Below, in pieces: positions 23,070 through 37,233 of a stretch of 64,000 nt of DNA. Both the position numbers and the translations under genes were made by a program. The notes under the pieces are model-generated. The model searched no databases, was not told where the DNA came from, and was given only the letters and a program-made list of their open reading frames with translations. The stretch is from Octopus sinensis (Eukaryota): positions 3,906,001 through 3,970,000 of the forward strand of contig NC_043017.1 of the NCBI RefSeq assembly GCF_006345805.1, read 5' to 3'. The stretch's first letter is position 1; every line of letters starts with the position of its first letter.

Positions 23070-26000
23070 CATTTTATACCATTTGTTACAATCCATGAAA
23101 CGATTTACTTCTCAATATCCTAACTCCGTAGCTGTAACTAGTTAGATTTTATGACCATTTCATTTTTAGACACTTATCGAAAGTTTCTTTCATTTCCAGC
23201 GGCCCATCATGCCAAATAGGTTTGATTCCATACTTTGAAAAGTATGGCGTGTCGTAGGGGGTGATGCTTTGCATTAACAGACAGTTCAGTCTGTTTTAGA
23301 AGTTTTAAAACACTAACAACGAACAATATCCCTCGTCAGTCTAATACTGTCCACAAACAGTCGATATCTACTGTATAGGTAATATATATTATAACTGATT
23401 TTTTATTATAGGTAATATATATTATATCATACCTTAACTGTGATCCTCGTTGACAGGTATCTCAGACTGAATAAAGCTTAAAACACGTTATGCAAATTAG
23501 TAGCTCCAGTTATCTGCAGCTATCGAATTTGGTGAATACATAAACAGATTGGGTGTTAACTTCCCTCAAATTTTAGTTAGGCACTCTTGCTTAGCACCCA
23601 ATTATCTTCTAGAATCGATTACAGCTGTTTCTTTTTCTTTCATTGCACCCGGAACCACGTGGTTAGTAAGCAAATTACTTACCACACAGCCGCTCCTGCG
23701 CCTATATGTATATTTTATATGATAAATATATATTTTATGTAAGAAGAAAAGAAGGGATAAAAAAGAAAATAAGGCAGGTAACAATAATAAAGCACTCAGT
23801 TTTAAACGAATTTGCTTAACTCTACCAAAGAAACGGACAGACACCAATAAATGCAAGTAGAATAAACATCCAACATAATTCCTGGTGTAAGGAAGCACTC
23901 CGTCAGTTACGACGACGAGGGTTCCGGTTGATCAGAATCAACGGAACAGCCTGCTCGTGAAATTAACGTGTAAGTGGCCGAGCACTCCACAGGCACGTGT
24001 ACACTTAACGTAGTTATCGGGGATATTCAGCGTGACACAGAGAGGGACAAGGCCGGCCCTTTGAAATACAGGTACAACAGATACAGGAAGTAAGAGTGAG
24101 AGAAAGTTGTGGTGAAAGAGTACAGCAGGGATCACCACCATTCCTTGCCGGAGCCTCGTGAAGCTTTTAGGTGTTTTCGGTCAATAAACACTCACAAACA
24201 CCCGGTCTGGGAATCGAAACCCGATCCTATGACCGCGAGTCCGCTGCCCTAACCAGTGGGCCATTGCGCCTCCATTCCTGATGTATGACAAGTAGGTCCA
24301 AATATCATTTAGAATTTCATGAAATTCAGAGTATAACACAGCAAAAATAGGGAGAGAGAAAAATCACATCTTTAATTGTGATAAAAGTGTCATGGCGGTC
24401 GTTTTCTGCTGCATTAACATATTTAGACAGAAAAAATTCAATTAATGTATCCGAAAATACATGTTAACACAATGTTCTCAAGTCGATTCAAAATTAGTTG
24501 ACTTCAAAGTGAACTAAGAAAATATTTCCAGTAGGTAAACGCATACAAAAGGAACGTCAAGATGAAAAATATATGATATCTAAGAAAAGCTAATTTAGTA
24601 TTCACCTTCAGGTGACGTCAGTGGATTGCGGAAGAATAAAATAAATATATAGTAGCAGGAGTGGCTGTGTGGTAAGTAGCTTGTTTACCAACCACATGGT
24701 TCCGGGTTCAGTCACACTGCGTGGCACTTGGGCAAGTGTCTTTCTACTATAGCCTCGGGCCGACCAATGCCTTGTGAGTGGATTTGGTAGACGGAAACTG
24801 AAAGAAGCCCGTCGTATATATGTATATATATATACATATCGTGTGTGTGTTTGTGTGTCTGTGTTTGTCCCCCCTGCATTGCTTGACAACCGATGCTGGT
24901 GTGTTTATGTCCCTGTTACTTAGCGGTTCGGAAAAAGAGACGATAGAATAAGTACTGGGCTCACAAAACAATAAGCCCCGGGGTCGAGTTGCTCGATTAA
25001 AGTTGGTGCTCCAGCATGGCCGCAGTCAAATGACTGAAACAAGTAAAAGCAGTAAGAGTAAATATAATTCTAAGTTACGACAATTAGAAGAGAGAATCTA
25101 CGTCAAACAATTATTATCTCTCTATTTAATATGCGAAACATTTTAGAAAACTTATCTTTTGGAGCATTGAAAATAATAACACCAAACTTTTGACAGAACT
25201 CTCAGCTGATTTCAATATATGTACACAATTATTTCTCTATCCCAAATCCTTATAAAATATCTATTGTGCTTACATTTTATTGAGGCTTTCACTAGGACAC
25301 TCCACCAGTATTACTTTCCATTATGAGTGATATGGCTTCTACTAAGCAGTAGGTTCTTTCTTTTTTTTTTTTTAACTTGGGCTTATCCTTCCGACGGATC
25401 TCATTAAACAACAATCTCCCAGCTACAATAGCATATCTCATCTCTAGATAATAACTTGATGACATTTTCGGACAACTGCTTATGATGTGGGTGATATCTT
25501 CAGTGTTAACTCCACAAAGTCAGCATCGGTTATCACATTTTGCTGCCTTTACTGCGTTTCTGTCACTTTTGTGCATCAGGCATTCGGTTGGTATATCTTG
25601 TTCCTAGATTGCGAACGCACGCCCTTCAAAGTGGGAGGTAGTAATCCAGTTGTTGGTGGATGATAGACTGGTGATCAACGTTTCTATCATCCTCGTGTTT
25701 TGTACTAACACATCCATGCATGGTCTTCAGCTGATATACGCCCATCCTTATAAGATTATCCATCACTGAATGCTACTCAAAACAATTTGCAAGCATATTT
25801 ACATTCCTATTATAAAACTTAGAACATCACCTTATTGTATACACATGCGCGAAGTGTTTGTTCGACTAGGTGCTGGTGGCTTAATTACATACGACTCAAG
25901 CTAGAGAAGTGGTGCGTATTATACACAAGGTTTAGGTTTTTCAGAGGTACAGCCCCCTAAAAATCCCCTGTGTATTATACTCAAGGACGGACTATACTCG

Positions 26001-26180
26001 AGGATTTACGGTATGTAAAATTTTATTGTATCCTAGAATACTATTTGGTAGCAAGTAAAGCAATACTGTCTTACGAATGATCGCTCCGTCCGTGACAAAC
26101 CACATACTTCCTAACATCTAGGAGATTTTGTTTTTCTTACGACGAACAAAGCCCAATATAGATATATATATATTATATAT

Positions 26181-26218
<38 letters not shown>

Positions 26219-26266
26219 ATATATATATTTGATATATATATATATATTTATATATATATATATTAT

Positions 26267-26308
<42 letters not shown>

Positions 26309-26438
26309 ATATATAGATATATATATATATATTATATCTATATACATATATATTATTATATATATATATATATATATTTTCATATATATATATATTTATA
26401 TATATACTATATATATACATTTATAATATATATATATT

Positions 26439-26490
<52 letters not shown>

Positions 26491-26502
26491 TATATATATA
26501 TA

Positions 26503-26905
26503 GGCGCAGAGTGGGCTGTGTGGTAAGTAGCTTGCTAACCAACCACATAGTTCCGGGTTCAGTCCCATTGCGTGGCATCTTGGGCAATGTCTTCTGCTAT
26601 AGCCCCGGCCGACCAATGCCTTGGAGTGGATTTGGTAGACGGAAACTGAAAGAAGCCTGTCGTATATATGTATATATATATGTGTATATGTATTTGTGTG
26701 TCTGTGTGTTTGTCACCCCTAATATTGCTTGACACCGATGCTTGTGTGTTTACGTCCCCGTCACTTAACGTTCGGCAAAAGAGACGATAGAATAAGTACT
26801 GGCTTACAAAGAATAAGTCCCGGGGTCGATTTGCTCGACTAAAGGCGGTTGCTCCAGCATGGCCGCAGTCAAATGACTGAAACAAGTAAAAGAGTTAAAA
26901 GAGTA
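26503..26905 (+). mobile_element. SINE family 1 in (TA)n, private to duplication copy 2
   Basis: Absent from the homologous (TA)n at 21985-22165. Confidence 0.8.
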
Positions 26906-27548
26906 TATAATATATATATATATATATATTATAATATATATATATATAATGTTACTCTCAAAAGATATTCATTATATATAAGCTTTCTCATTAAATCCAG
27001 GTGTACGGTCAACGTATCTGATAACACTAAGAAGATTGCTTGGATATTAAGATGGCTATTTGACACCCAGCATGATAAATGATTTGGCCTTCAAAAGGGG
27101 GAAAAACTCAGGAGTGTAAATGACCATCAAATACATACATATCTATATATATACATACATATCATATATATATATATATATAATATATATATATATAAGA
27201 TTAATCAGCCGAAATTGCTACGATGATCCGGTTCTTGACTGAAGATTGAGGGCTTCGAATGTCCCGTCCGTGTTTTTTGTATCGTCTTCTAAGTGTTTTG
27301 CGTTCTTGTCCCAGTTTGTATTTTCTACATATTATAATATATATATATATATACATATATATAATATATATATATATAGATATATATATATATACTATAT
27401 ATATAATATATAATATACATATACATATATTTATATATATATATACATACATATATATATATATCTATAGACTATACATATATTTATATATATATATACA
27501 TACATATATTTATATATATATATACATATCATATATTTATATATATAT

Positions 27549-27601
<53 letters not shown>

Positions 27602-28098
27602 CTAGCAGTATCGCCCGGCGTTGCTTGGGTTTGTAAGGGAAATAACTATATAAGCATTTTAGAGAGTTACTTCCCTTATAGATGCCAATTCGGGCTTTCT
27701 TAGCCATTTCTGTTTTGGTATCTTCAAGCCATGAAGTCGTTGTTCTGAAAGAACGTCTGGTCTCCTTGACAACGCTTTACGACGTTGATTTCCTTACACT
27801 CCCTTCCCCTCAGCTTCACGAAGGGAGGAAGAAGGGGGAGAAGCAAACAGGTGCAGGTGTGACCATGGACGCCAACTCCGCCGCCTCGACACACGAAAAA
27901 TTATGCATTAAAATGGAATAGAAAATGATGTTAAATTATTTTTTAAACGGCGACTCATCGTAGACCGCGCGCTAATACTCAGACGGGCTCGATATGAATC
28001 ACGACTATAAGATACCCGAATTTCGTTAAACTGCACCGCAAAATGTGGGGGAGTAGTTAGGAATCTAAATCGAAGGGGACAGACACTCACACAACTAC

Positions 28099-28110
<12 letters not shown>
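27602..28110 (-). mobile_element. Non-autonomous Helitron in (TA)n
   Basis: Near-identical to 18728-19229. Confidence 0.8.
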
Positions 28111-28165
<55 letters not shown>

Positions 28166-28179
28166 ATATATATATACAC

Positions 28180-28223
<44 letters not shown>

Positions 28224-28619
28224 CAAAAAATTTTTTGATAAATAAATCAAATAAATAAATAAATTAATTAATTAAATAATTAATTAATTAATTAATTAAA
28301 TAATATATAAATATAAAAATATACATACATATATATATATATTTGTATATATATATATTTAAAATTTATAAGTTTAAATTACTTAGATAATTTTTTAATT
28401 TTTAACTTTTATATTTTTTAATTAATTTTATGTATTGGCTTATGTTTTTCACTGTTTGATTTGCATATATATATATATACATATACATATATACATATAT
28501 GCACATACACATACAAGGTACAGAAAACCTATGTGTATACATCATTCTGCTTAAATAATGGTACTGCAAATACAAATCCTTACGTATCTCACGTCTGTTT
28601 TCATTCCTTTCTTGGTGCA

Positions 28620-28950
28620 CTGTCGTCGTGAAGAATCCGATCCTTCACGCTCCACAGATCCAGTCGCTTTCGAGAATGTCCCCCCTCAAGCTCTTTAAAA
28701 CCCCGTTGACAGTTCTCCGGGCGAACCTCATTCATCCTAAGCTGATGAATTCTCTTCACCTTCTCTAGGGTGACGCTCGTGGCCGGACTTCCAGTTCACT
28801 CGTCGTATTCCAGAGACGTTCTTCCGGTTTTGAAGCGCTGTGCCACTCCCAACATGGAATACTACCCTTTGCCTCGTAGTTGGAAACTTGCCGAAGCATA
28901 CTCAATCTCTCTGTAGCAGACTTCCCAAATTTAACACGAAATTTCACATT
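28620..28950 (-). mobile_element. Decayed mariner transposase N-terminus
   Basis: KFRVKFGKSATERLSMLRQV resembles the mariner N-terminal HTH. Confidence 0.55.
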
Positions 28951-29148
28951 GGCTTTTCCTTAACGGTTAGTTTGCGAGAAAATGGATATCACATATCTAT
29001 GCATCCAAAAGCAAAAATAAAACTTATCGTTCGGCAGATTTCTACGATTACAATCTGAGATCAGAACCTTGAAATTTGTCGAACTAAGGCGTACCAGTAC
29101 AAGAAAGCGAAAACATATGGAATTGTTGAAGGTAGTTCCAAAACGAAA

Positions 29149-29564
29149 GGCGGTGAGCTCGCAGAATCGTTAGCACGCCGGGCGAAATGCTTTGCGGTAT
29201 TTCGTCTGTCGTTACGTTGTGAGTTCAAATTCCGCCGAGGTCGACTTTGCCTTTCATCCTTTCGGGGTCGATAAATTAAGTACCAGTTATCCACTGGGGT
29301 CGATGTAATCGACTTAATCCCTTTGTCAGTCCTTGTTTGTCCCCTCTATGTTTAGCCCCTTGTGGGTAGTAAAGAAATAGGTATTTCGTATGCGTCACGT
29401 TGTGAGTTCAAATTCCGCCGAGGTCGACTTTGCCTTTTATTCTTTTCGGGGTCGATAAATTAAGTACCAGTTACGCACTGGGGTCAATGTAATCGACTTA
29501 ATACCTATGTCTGTCCTTGTTTCTCCTTTGTTTGTGTTTAGCCCCTTGTGGGTAATAAAGAAAT
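29149..29564 (+). mobile_element. SINE family 3 with internally duplicated body
   Basis: Head GGCGGTGAGCT.GCAGAATCGTTAGC; central GCCTTTCATCCTTTCGGGGTCGATAAA domain twice; 19-bp TSD aggtagttccaaaacgaaa (29130-29148, 29565-29583). Confidence 0.85.
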
Positions 29565-30282
29565 AGGTAGTTCCAAAACGAAAACAGTATTAATCTTCCG
29601 GGGAAAGTAATTCTCAAAAAGTGTAGTAAGGTGTGAAAGAAATATATTTATTCACTTGCAACAAGAGTCAGTCTCAAAAGGGGAAATGTTGTTGTGATAG
29701 ACATTAACACTTCTGAGTATTTAAAAGGTGGACTCGTCCAACATTTTTAAGGAGTAACATGTATCGTTGAGATTACAGGAGTCTCGTGTGTTGGTAGTCG
29801 AAAAATACGTCTGTGAATATATTGCTTTACTCTCGCTTCGTCGAAATCATATGTCCGCAATCAAGTATATAAAACACATACTAAGTTATAAAACTCCGAT
29901 GAAGGCTACAAGTATAGTGGAAAGGGGAGATAACATTTTTCTCTCTAAACTTTTTAACATTTAACCCTCTTTCTCACAAACCTGTCTAAAATTAACTTTC
30001 AGAATAAACGAATAAACTGAATAAATAACGGTGGCGTTTGGGTTGATCGTTTGGTATGTTTCTGTATAATGTTATCATTGGTACTGTCAGGTTATTAAGA
30101 ATGAAATGTTCGATTTTCTAAGGCGCCAATAATTTAGAAAATATTTATTCAAGTTGCTGTGAAGTGGGATCGAATCCTTCAATAGTATTGACATATGGAA
30201 GACGAAAGGCAACGTTGATCTCTATGAGATTTCAATTGGAACATATAATATAAAATAAAGACATTGATGCTCTAATCGATTC

Positions 30283-30882
30283 TTATTTCTTTATTGCCTA
30301 CAAGGGGATACGCGCAGAGGGGACAAACAAGGACAGACAAAGGGATTAAGTCGATTATATCGACCCCAGTCCGTAACTGGTACTTATTTAATCGACTCCA
30401 AAAGGATGAAAGGCAAAGTCGACCTCGGCGGAATTTGAACTCAGAACGTAAAGACAGACGAAATGCCTATTTCTTTACTACCCACAAGGGACTAAACACA
30501 GAGAGGACAAACAAGGACAGACAAACGGATTAAGTCGATTATATCGACCCCAGTACGTAACTGATACTTATTTAATCGACCCCGAATGGATGAAAGGCAA
30601 AGTCGACCTCGGCGGAATTTGAACTCAGAACGTAACGACAGACGAAATGCCTATTTCTTTACTACCCACAAGGGGCTAAACACAGAGAGGACAAACAAGG
30701 ACAGACAAACGGATTAAGTCGATTATATCGACCCCAGTGCGTAACTGATACTTATTTAATCGACCCCGAATGGATGAAAGGCAAAGTCGACGTCGGCGGA
30801 ATTTGAACTCAGAACGTAACGGCAGAGGAAATACTGCTATGCATTTCGTCCGGCGTGCTACCGTTTCTGCCAGCTCACCGCC
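30283..30882 (-). mobile_element. SINE family 3 with three tandem ~184-bp body units
   Basis: Unit repeated at about 30290, 30470 and 30655, with one head. Confidence 0.85.
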
Positions 30883-31043
30883 TTAAATTTGTGGGGATTG
30901 GGGGTAAGTCGATCACATTGGCCGCTGACGCTCTAATCAATTCTATCGATTCTGCATTATTTTGCTCTTATAAAGTATTACAATGCGAAGGAGGCTATTT
31001 GAAGGTAATTAAAAATGCATACGAAGATATATATTAACAACAT

Positions 31044-31312
31044 TTTATTGCCATTTTTTTATACAATTTAACGAAAACATATTCGACATTGAATTACAAA
31101 GTATAAAGTTGTTCTTAGAATAACAAATAACGCTCCCTAATTCGGGAAAAAGCTATATCATTGCTTATTTTTCTCGATTTTTTTTCTTCTATTGCAAAAA
31201 TTCTGCGTTTTTATACTGTGATATACTAGTAAGTGTAAAACATTTGGAAGCAAAACACACCGTACATTGATGATATATTATCTAGATAACTTGTAGAATA
31301 ACAATCTTTATT
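31044..31312 (-). terminator. Two candidate polyadenylation signals of gene B (AATAAA at 31307-31312 and 31044-31049)
   Basis: Both hexamers are kept at homologous positions in the gene C 3' region (62007-62012, 61731-61736). Confidence 0.55.
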
Positions 31313-31611
31313 GAAATTACGATAGCAAAAGGTATCAAGCTGAAGCATTTGTTGATATTTGATAAATGTTTATCAACGTTGTAAAATTTATATATTATTG
31401 ACAAATGAATTTAGTCTTATTTTCTATAATTATCTGAAATATTGGTGAATCATGTGAAAATATTGCAACAAAAAATGTTAAGTGTTCAGAGTTTACTTTA
31501 GAATTAGTATTTCAAGTGAAATTAGTATTTTAATGGGGTAAAAAGAGATTTTCTGAAAATCGGTGCTAACTGCAACAAAACCGGAGTTTTTCTGCTGAGA
31601 CATGACGTTCT

Positions 31612-31644
31612 TCAGGTTATTTTGATGACAAGCGAAGAGTATTC
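31612..31644 (-). CDS. IF gene B exon 11 (last coding exon)
   Basis: cttttcag|EYSSLVIKIT*; no CaaX; homologous to gene C last exon. Confidence 0.8.
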   Translation of the reverse strand, partial: EYSSLVIKIT

Positions 31645-31934
31645 CTGAAAAGTGAAAAAAGATTGAAAAATTAATGAATAAACAAGGGGATTAGTGACTA
31701 GTTAAGGAATTGGTACGCCACAAAGTAACCATTTTCATGAAGTTTACCGAGGCTAGTCGTTCTGGCATGAGTGTTACCAAACTGTACAGAAGAGTCAGAG
31801 GTCACAATATATTATTTCTCCATTTTGCACTAGCAAGTTAAAAACGAAACATTTCATGGACCTTTTTAACTTCACATGATTTCTCTCGCATGAGAATCAG
31901 AATATATTATATTTATCGGGGACTCGATAAAAAT

Positions 31935-32259
31935 AAATAATAAATGCGCCCTTTTTAAAGCCTAGCCGGGCTCATGGGCCCGGTTAACCGGTTTCTATGG
32001 CGTATGTGATCCAGTCCACTCAGCTGGCAAAAATGCGATGGACTGGCGTCCCGTCCAGCTGGGGATCACATACGCCATAGAAACCGGGTAACTGGGCCCA
32101 TGAGCCAGTCCATTGCATTTTTGCCAGCTGAGTGGACTGGAACAACGTGAAATGAAGTGTTTTGCTCAAGAACACAATGCGTCGCCCGCTCCAGGAATCG
32201 AAACCACAATCTTACGATCATGATGCTGACACCCTAACCACTAAGCCATGCGCCGCCAC
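31935..32259 (-). mobile_element. Rearranged tRNA-SINE with nested inverted segments
   Basis: tRNA-like head at about 32190-32259; inverted arms 31969-32012 / 32063-32105. Confidence 0.7.
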
Positions 32260-32801
32260 ATCGGAGACTTGATGCTTCATATAAAACTAGTATTTTTATT
32301 GTGTGTTGAAACGAAAGTGTATCACTCTGTTTAAAAGTATGAAAAAAACAATGCTATTGAAATATGTAACGCCTCTCTTCAAGCCGTGTTCACAGAAAGC
32401 GTTTATTGGAGTCGACACAAGATCAGGAAATATTTGTCACTTTCTAACTTACATTTCAACCATTACTTAAAGCAGTAAACTGTATCAGCCTTATTACATA
32501 CTAGTGGCCACCCCTAATGTGTTAAATATTAAGTTTGTTTGACAAAGGCATATTGAACTGATAATAGCATGTTTCAGTTACACACTTGATTGTAACTTCT
32601 TCCACGTAAATAAAGTTTGTTCATTTTTTTATAATATGGTATATCAGGGAGAAAGGTTATTATTGCCAGCAGACCAGGTCAAAGGACTACGTAGATTAAC
32701 ACACGAAGTGCGTGGATTTAGAAAGAGAAATGTACTCAAGAGCTACAGTGAGTGAAGTGGAAAAGAAAAGGTGTACTAAACAATAGGTTGGGAGATCTTA
32801 C

Positions 32802-32915
32802 CTTGCCTTTGTCGTCTTTCAAAATAATTTTCGATGGGATGACCATTGTTCCCCATTCAGCGACATCGGAAGATGTGATGCCATCTTGTCCAGCACCGTG
32901 TTTTGATCCCCAAAT
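32802..32915 (-). CDS. IF gene B exon 10 (lamin-tail domain)
   Basis: ctttag|IWGSKHGAGQDGITSSDVAEWGTMVIPSKIILKDDKGK|gtaaga; 114 nt; IW and WG motifs of the lamin-tail domain. Confidence 0.9.
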
Positions 32916-33726
32916 CTAAAGATAGATATAGAAGCCAGAAATGTGAACACGAGGTTTAGTTGATTAGAAGGACTCCAGTTCTTCACTTGTACTTAATTTT
33001 ATAAACTGGAAGTGGCAGGCGGAAATGCGAAGAACCAGAAACGAATATCAAAGGGTATTTTTGCGGATACCTTAACAACTCTTCCAAAGCAAGAACGCGG
33101 AAACGTTAATGAGAGGTTTGTCTATCGATGTTATCAACATCAGAACGTAATTGGTAATTTATAATCTTTATCAACCCCAGAGGACTGAAAGGTCAAGTAG
33201 GCATTGGCAGGATTTGAACTAAGAATGATGAGACGAATAATACTAGGCATTGTGTTTATTACTCTAAGAATTTTGACTCTACACAGAATGATCAGCAACT
33301 GTTTTCTTGACCGTGGTTAGTGTAGTGGTCAGAGAGATGGCAGCCATTTCGAATTAACTGCTAATGATGTCAATGTAATTAACACAAGCACAACTTAGAA
33401 ACACTCCTACTTAGAGAAATTCTTACTTCCACAAACGAATGCCCTCTTCCTTCTCCTTCTCTTCTTATCCCCCGCTACTCTCCATTCTTATCATGGATCA
33501 GAGACAATAGAAGGAAAATATGATATTTAACATATCAGAAACAATAGAAGGAATATCGCTCTAGATTGTCATGCGGAAAGATGACTCCCAACAATCGATA
33601 GAGACTAGATTCGGTCCTCGCCACAGGATCGCCATATCTTTTATCGACTATGAATTATAATATCTGATACTTAGTTATTACAAGTTATAAGAATATTAAA
33701 CGTTTAAAAATATAATACAAAATTAC

Positions 33727-33837
33727 CTTCACAATTTTGCCAGAACTAAACACTTTAACATCGGTAAACTTGTGGGTGTTGATCTTGCCGTTTTCAAGGG
33801 TTTGGGTCAATGTCCAGTTCTTCATGTTTGGTGCGCC
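33727..33837 (-). CDS. IF gene B exon 9 (lamin-tail domain)
   Basis: cgtag|GAPNMKNWTLTQTLENGKINTHKFTDVKVFSSGKIVK|gtaatt; 111 nt. Confidence 0.88.
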
Positions 33838-34125
33838 CTACGATTAGAAACAAGTATATACATTAAACAAAAACAACGAAATGTTGATGACAATGAATTA
33901 TAAGGACGGTTAATGTGCCAGTGGATATTACGGAGGTAAAATAGGTTCCCGTGTTTGCGTGCGTGTGTATGCATTTTTGTGTATGTCTGTGTGGATGTGA
34001 GAGGGAGAAGGGTAAGAAAAGGGGAATGGAGATTTGCTGCGCTTTCAATCAAACAGTAGGGGCAAAACATTAACTTCCTTTTTACGTACAGAAAACTTAC
34101 AACGATTATGTACACTAAGCGACAA

Positions 34126-34510
34126 GTGGAGGCGCAATGGCCCAGTGGTTAGGGCAGCGGACTCGCGGTCATAGGATCGCGGTTTCGATTCCCAGACCGG
34201 GCGTTGTGAGTGTTTATTGAACGAAAACACCTAAAGCTCCAAGAGGCTCCGGCAGGGGATGGTGGTGATCCCTGCTGTACTCTTTCACCACAACTTTCTC
34301 TCACTCTTACTTCCTGTTTCTGTTGTACCTGTATTTCAAGAGGCCGGCCTTGTCACTCTCTGTGTCACGCTGAATACCCCCGAGAACTACGTTAAGGGTG
34401 CACGTGTCTGTGGAGTGCTCAGCCACTTACACGTTAATTTCACGAGCAGGCTGTTCCGTTGATTCGGATCAACTGGAACCCTCATCGTCGTAACCGACGG
34501 AGTGCTTCCA
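34126..34510 (+). mobile_element. SINE family 2
   Basis: Full length; TSD acactaagcgac. Confidence 0.88.
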
Positions 34511-34645
34511 ACACTAAGCGACGGAATAAAAATACCAGTAGCAGTTAAACTATTGGCTGTCGAAGTGTATCAATAAGGAAATGGTACAAAAGTGCAGTAT
34601 TGTATCTGTCACCAGGAAACCTAATAAACCAACAGAAAGTCTTAC

Positions 34646-34749
34646 CTTCGCGGACTTTCCTACGTCTTCGAGTTTAATATATGTTCCATCGGTTGCTAAT
34701 TCAACGATGCTCACAACTTCAGTTGTAGAGCGACTCATGGTTATTTTAC
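34646..34749 (-). CDS. IF gene B exon 8 (lamin-tail domain start)
   Basis: taccag|GT KITMSRSTTEVVSIVELATDGTYIKLEDVGKSAK|gtaaga; 104 nt. Confidence 0.9.
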
Positions 34750-34949
34750 CTGGTAAAGAAAATATCCAAAGATAAGAATATTTCTTGAAGTGTGTGTGTG
34801 GGGGGGCGGGTATGTGTATGTGTTTGCGTCTGTGTATGTGTGTGCACACAGATACAAGTATACATATGTAATTTTCTATATGAATCTACACACGTATGCA
34901 TATGCATATATATATATATATATATCTTTTACTCTCTCTCTCTCTCTCT

Positions 34950-35344
34950 CTCTTTTACTTGTTTCAGTCATTTGACTGCGGCCATGCTGGAGCACCGCCT
35001 TTAGTCGAGCAAATCGACCCTGGGACTTATTCTTTGTAAGCCCAGTACTTATTCTATCGGTCTCTTTTGCCGAACCGCTAAGTGACGGGGACGTAAACAC
35101 ACCAGCATCGGTTGTCAAGCAATGCTAGAGGGACACACACAGACACACAAACATATACACACACATACATATATATATACATATATACGACAGGCTTCTT
35201 TCAGTTTCCGTCTACCAAATCCAATCACAAGGCTTTGGTCAGCCCGAGGCTATAGCAGAAGACACTTGCCCAAAATGCCACGCAGTTGGGACTGAACCCG
35301 GAACCATGTGGTTGGTTAGCAAGCTACTTACCACACAGCCACTC

Positions 35345-35347
<3 letters not shown>
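34950..35347 (-). mobile_element. SINE family 1
   Basis: Family match. Confidence 0.85.
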
Positions 35348-35375
<28 letters not shown>

Positions 35376-35679
35376 CAACCAGTATAGATCGGTAGCCACT
35401 ACACACATTTTTTTCTCTCCTTGTTTCTTTCTGTGTTCCTTTCTGTGGAAGAGCGTAGGCTCGAAACGTTAAAGACTTTTTTTCTATTCCTGAGCGTTAT
35501 ACTAATACATCTGTTTGTTTTCTACACCACCTGTCTTCGTCTATTGTTTTTTTTTTTCGTGAATTCTCCCTATATATATATACATATATATAAATATATA
35601 TATATATCACACCGACAGTCGCTTTAGTGACGTATATAATTTAACCTTTCGGTTGCAAAATTCCTAAGAATCCACTCTT

Positions 35680-35717
<38 letters not shown>

Positions 35718-35733
35718 TATATAGATAGATATA

Positions 35734-35780
<47 letters not shown>

Positions 35781-35787
35781 TATATTA

Positions 35788-35822
<35 letters not shown>

Positions 35823-36877
35823 GTATGTATATGTGCGTATAATATATATGTTGTCATACAAATATTATTATTTTTTATTATTATTATTATTATTATTGTT
35901 ATTTTTGTTATTATTATTAATAATGATAATAATAATAATAATAATAATAATATATGTATGATTAAATGTAAAGATGAGCAAGTTAGTCACGTTTTTTACA
36001 TACAGAAATGTTCGACTTCCACAGATTAGAAATGATAACAAGAATTAAAGGGTTGCTGAGGAGTATTACAAATCCAAAAACTGTCTTCTTGGCACTCGGT
36101 GGTTCAAAATAATGTGTGTAAATTGATTCCATCGTTAGATGATACGAGCCTCCGTCTTCAGGGAAGAAATCTTTCATTTGAGGGGTTGGTATCTTTACTT
36201 TCCTTTCTGTCAAATTCTCAACAGTAAGATTTCTCCCTGAAGACACAGGCTCGTATCATCCAACGATGGAATCAATTTACAATCATTATTTTGGTCCACC
36301 GAGACTCCAAAAACAGCCGTTTCTTTCTTCTTATCTCACCTATTCCTTTTGACTATTCTTCTCATTCTAACACACACATCTTTTCTTTCTACTTAATACT
36401 ACCACTACATTCTCAAAATTTCATTCACAGAATAAGACACCTTTGAATAAACAGCACACGTCATCTATCTCTCCACACTTTCCATTTGTAATGACAAAAC
36501 ATGAACTCCTATCGGAATTTACATACTATGGACAAGAAGTATCTCTACCCATTCCACACACCACTTTCCTTGGATAATGAAAATGCAACTATAACATGCT
36601 ACATATATTTTAATTTTTACTTTTACTTATTTCCCTTTACTCTTCTTTTTTCCATAATTTTCCAAAATTACTCTTTATATTGAACTCTACTATTTTCCTC
36701 TAGTTAACACTGTCACATCGGTGCCTGATGAGGAGATATCCCCAATATCCTAGAAACTTCTGAAAGACTAATTTTCTCTTTATAAATGTCCTCAAAATTC
36801 CACACAGCCTTGGCTTCCTTGTCCCATTTTATTTAACATCTATACTTACATATATATGTGTGTATATATATATATAT

Positions 36878-36911
<34 letters not shown>

Positions 36912-37060
36912 TTTATTTAAAGCAGCAGAAAATTCAACAAAATCTGTTACTCTGAGTTTCCCGTTGCCATTCATCGGACAGTTTTTGCTAGAATACCACT
37001 GGTATTTGAGTACTCTTTTTTCCACCTTGTTTCACATTTATGTGTTTACTCCGGTATATA

Positions 37061-37116
<56 letters not shown>

Positions 37117-37133
37117 ATATATATGTATGTATG

Positions 37134-37165
<32 letters not shown>

Positions 37166-37233
37166 TGTATGTATGTATGTGTGTGGATTGCATTTTTATG
37201 AACCAACTGATGAATAAGACAAATGCAACTTAC

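Noticed and set aside
27205-27275. Hammerhead candidate around CTGAAGA (similar weak cases at 1100-1150, 29895 and 46745)
   Set aside because: GAAA or the flanking stems cannot be paired convincingly.
34126-34203. tRNA-Arg-like gene (also 47388 and other SINE heads)
   Set aside because: Continues into a ~300-bp SINE body with TSDs, so it is a SINE head.
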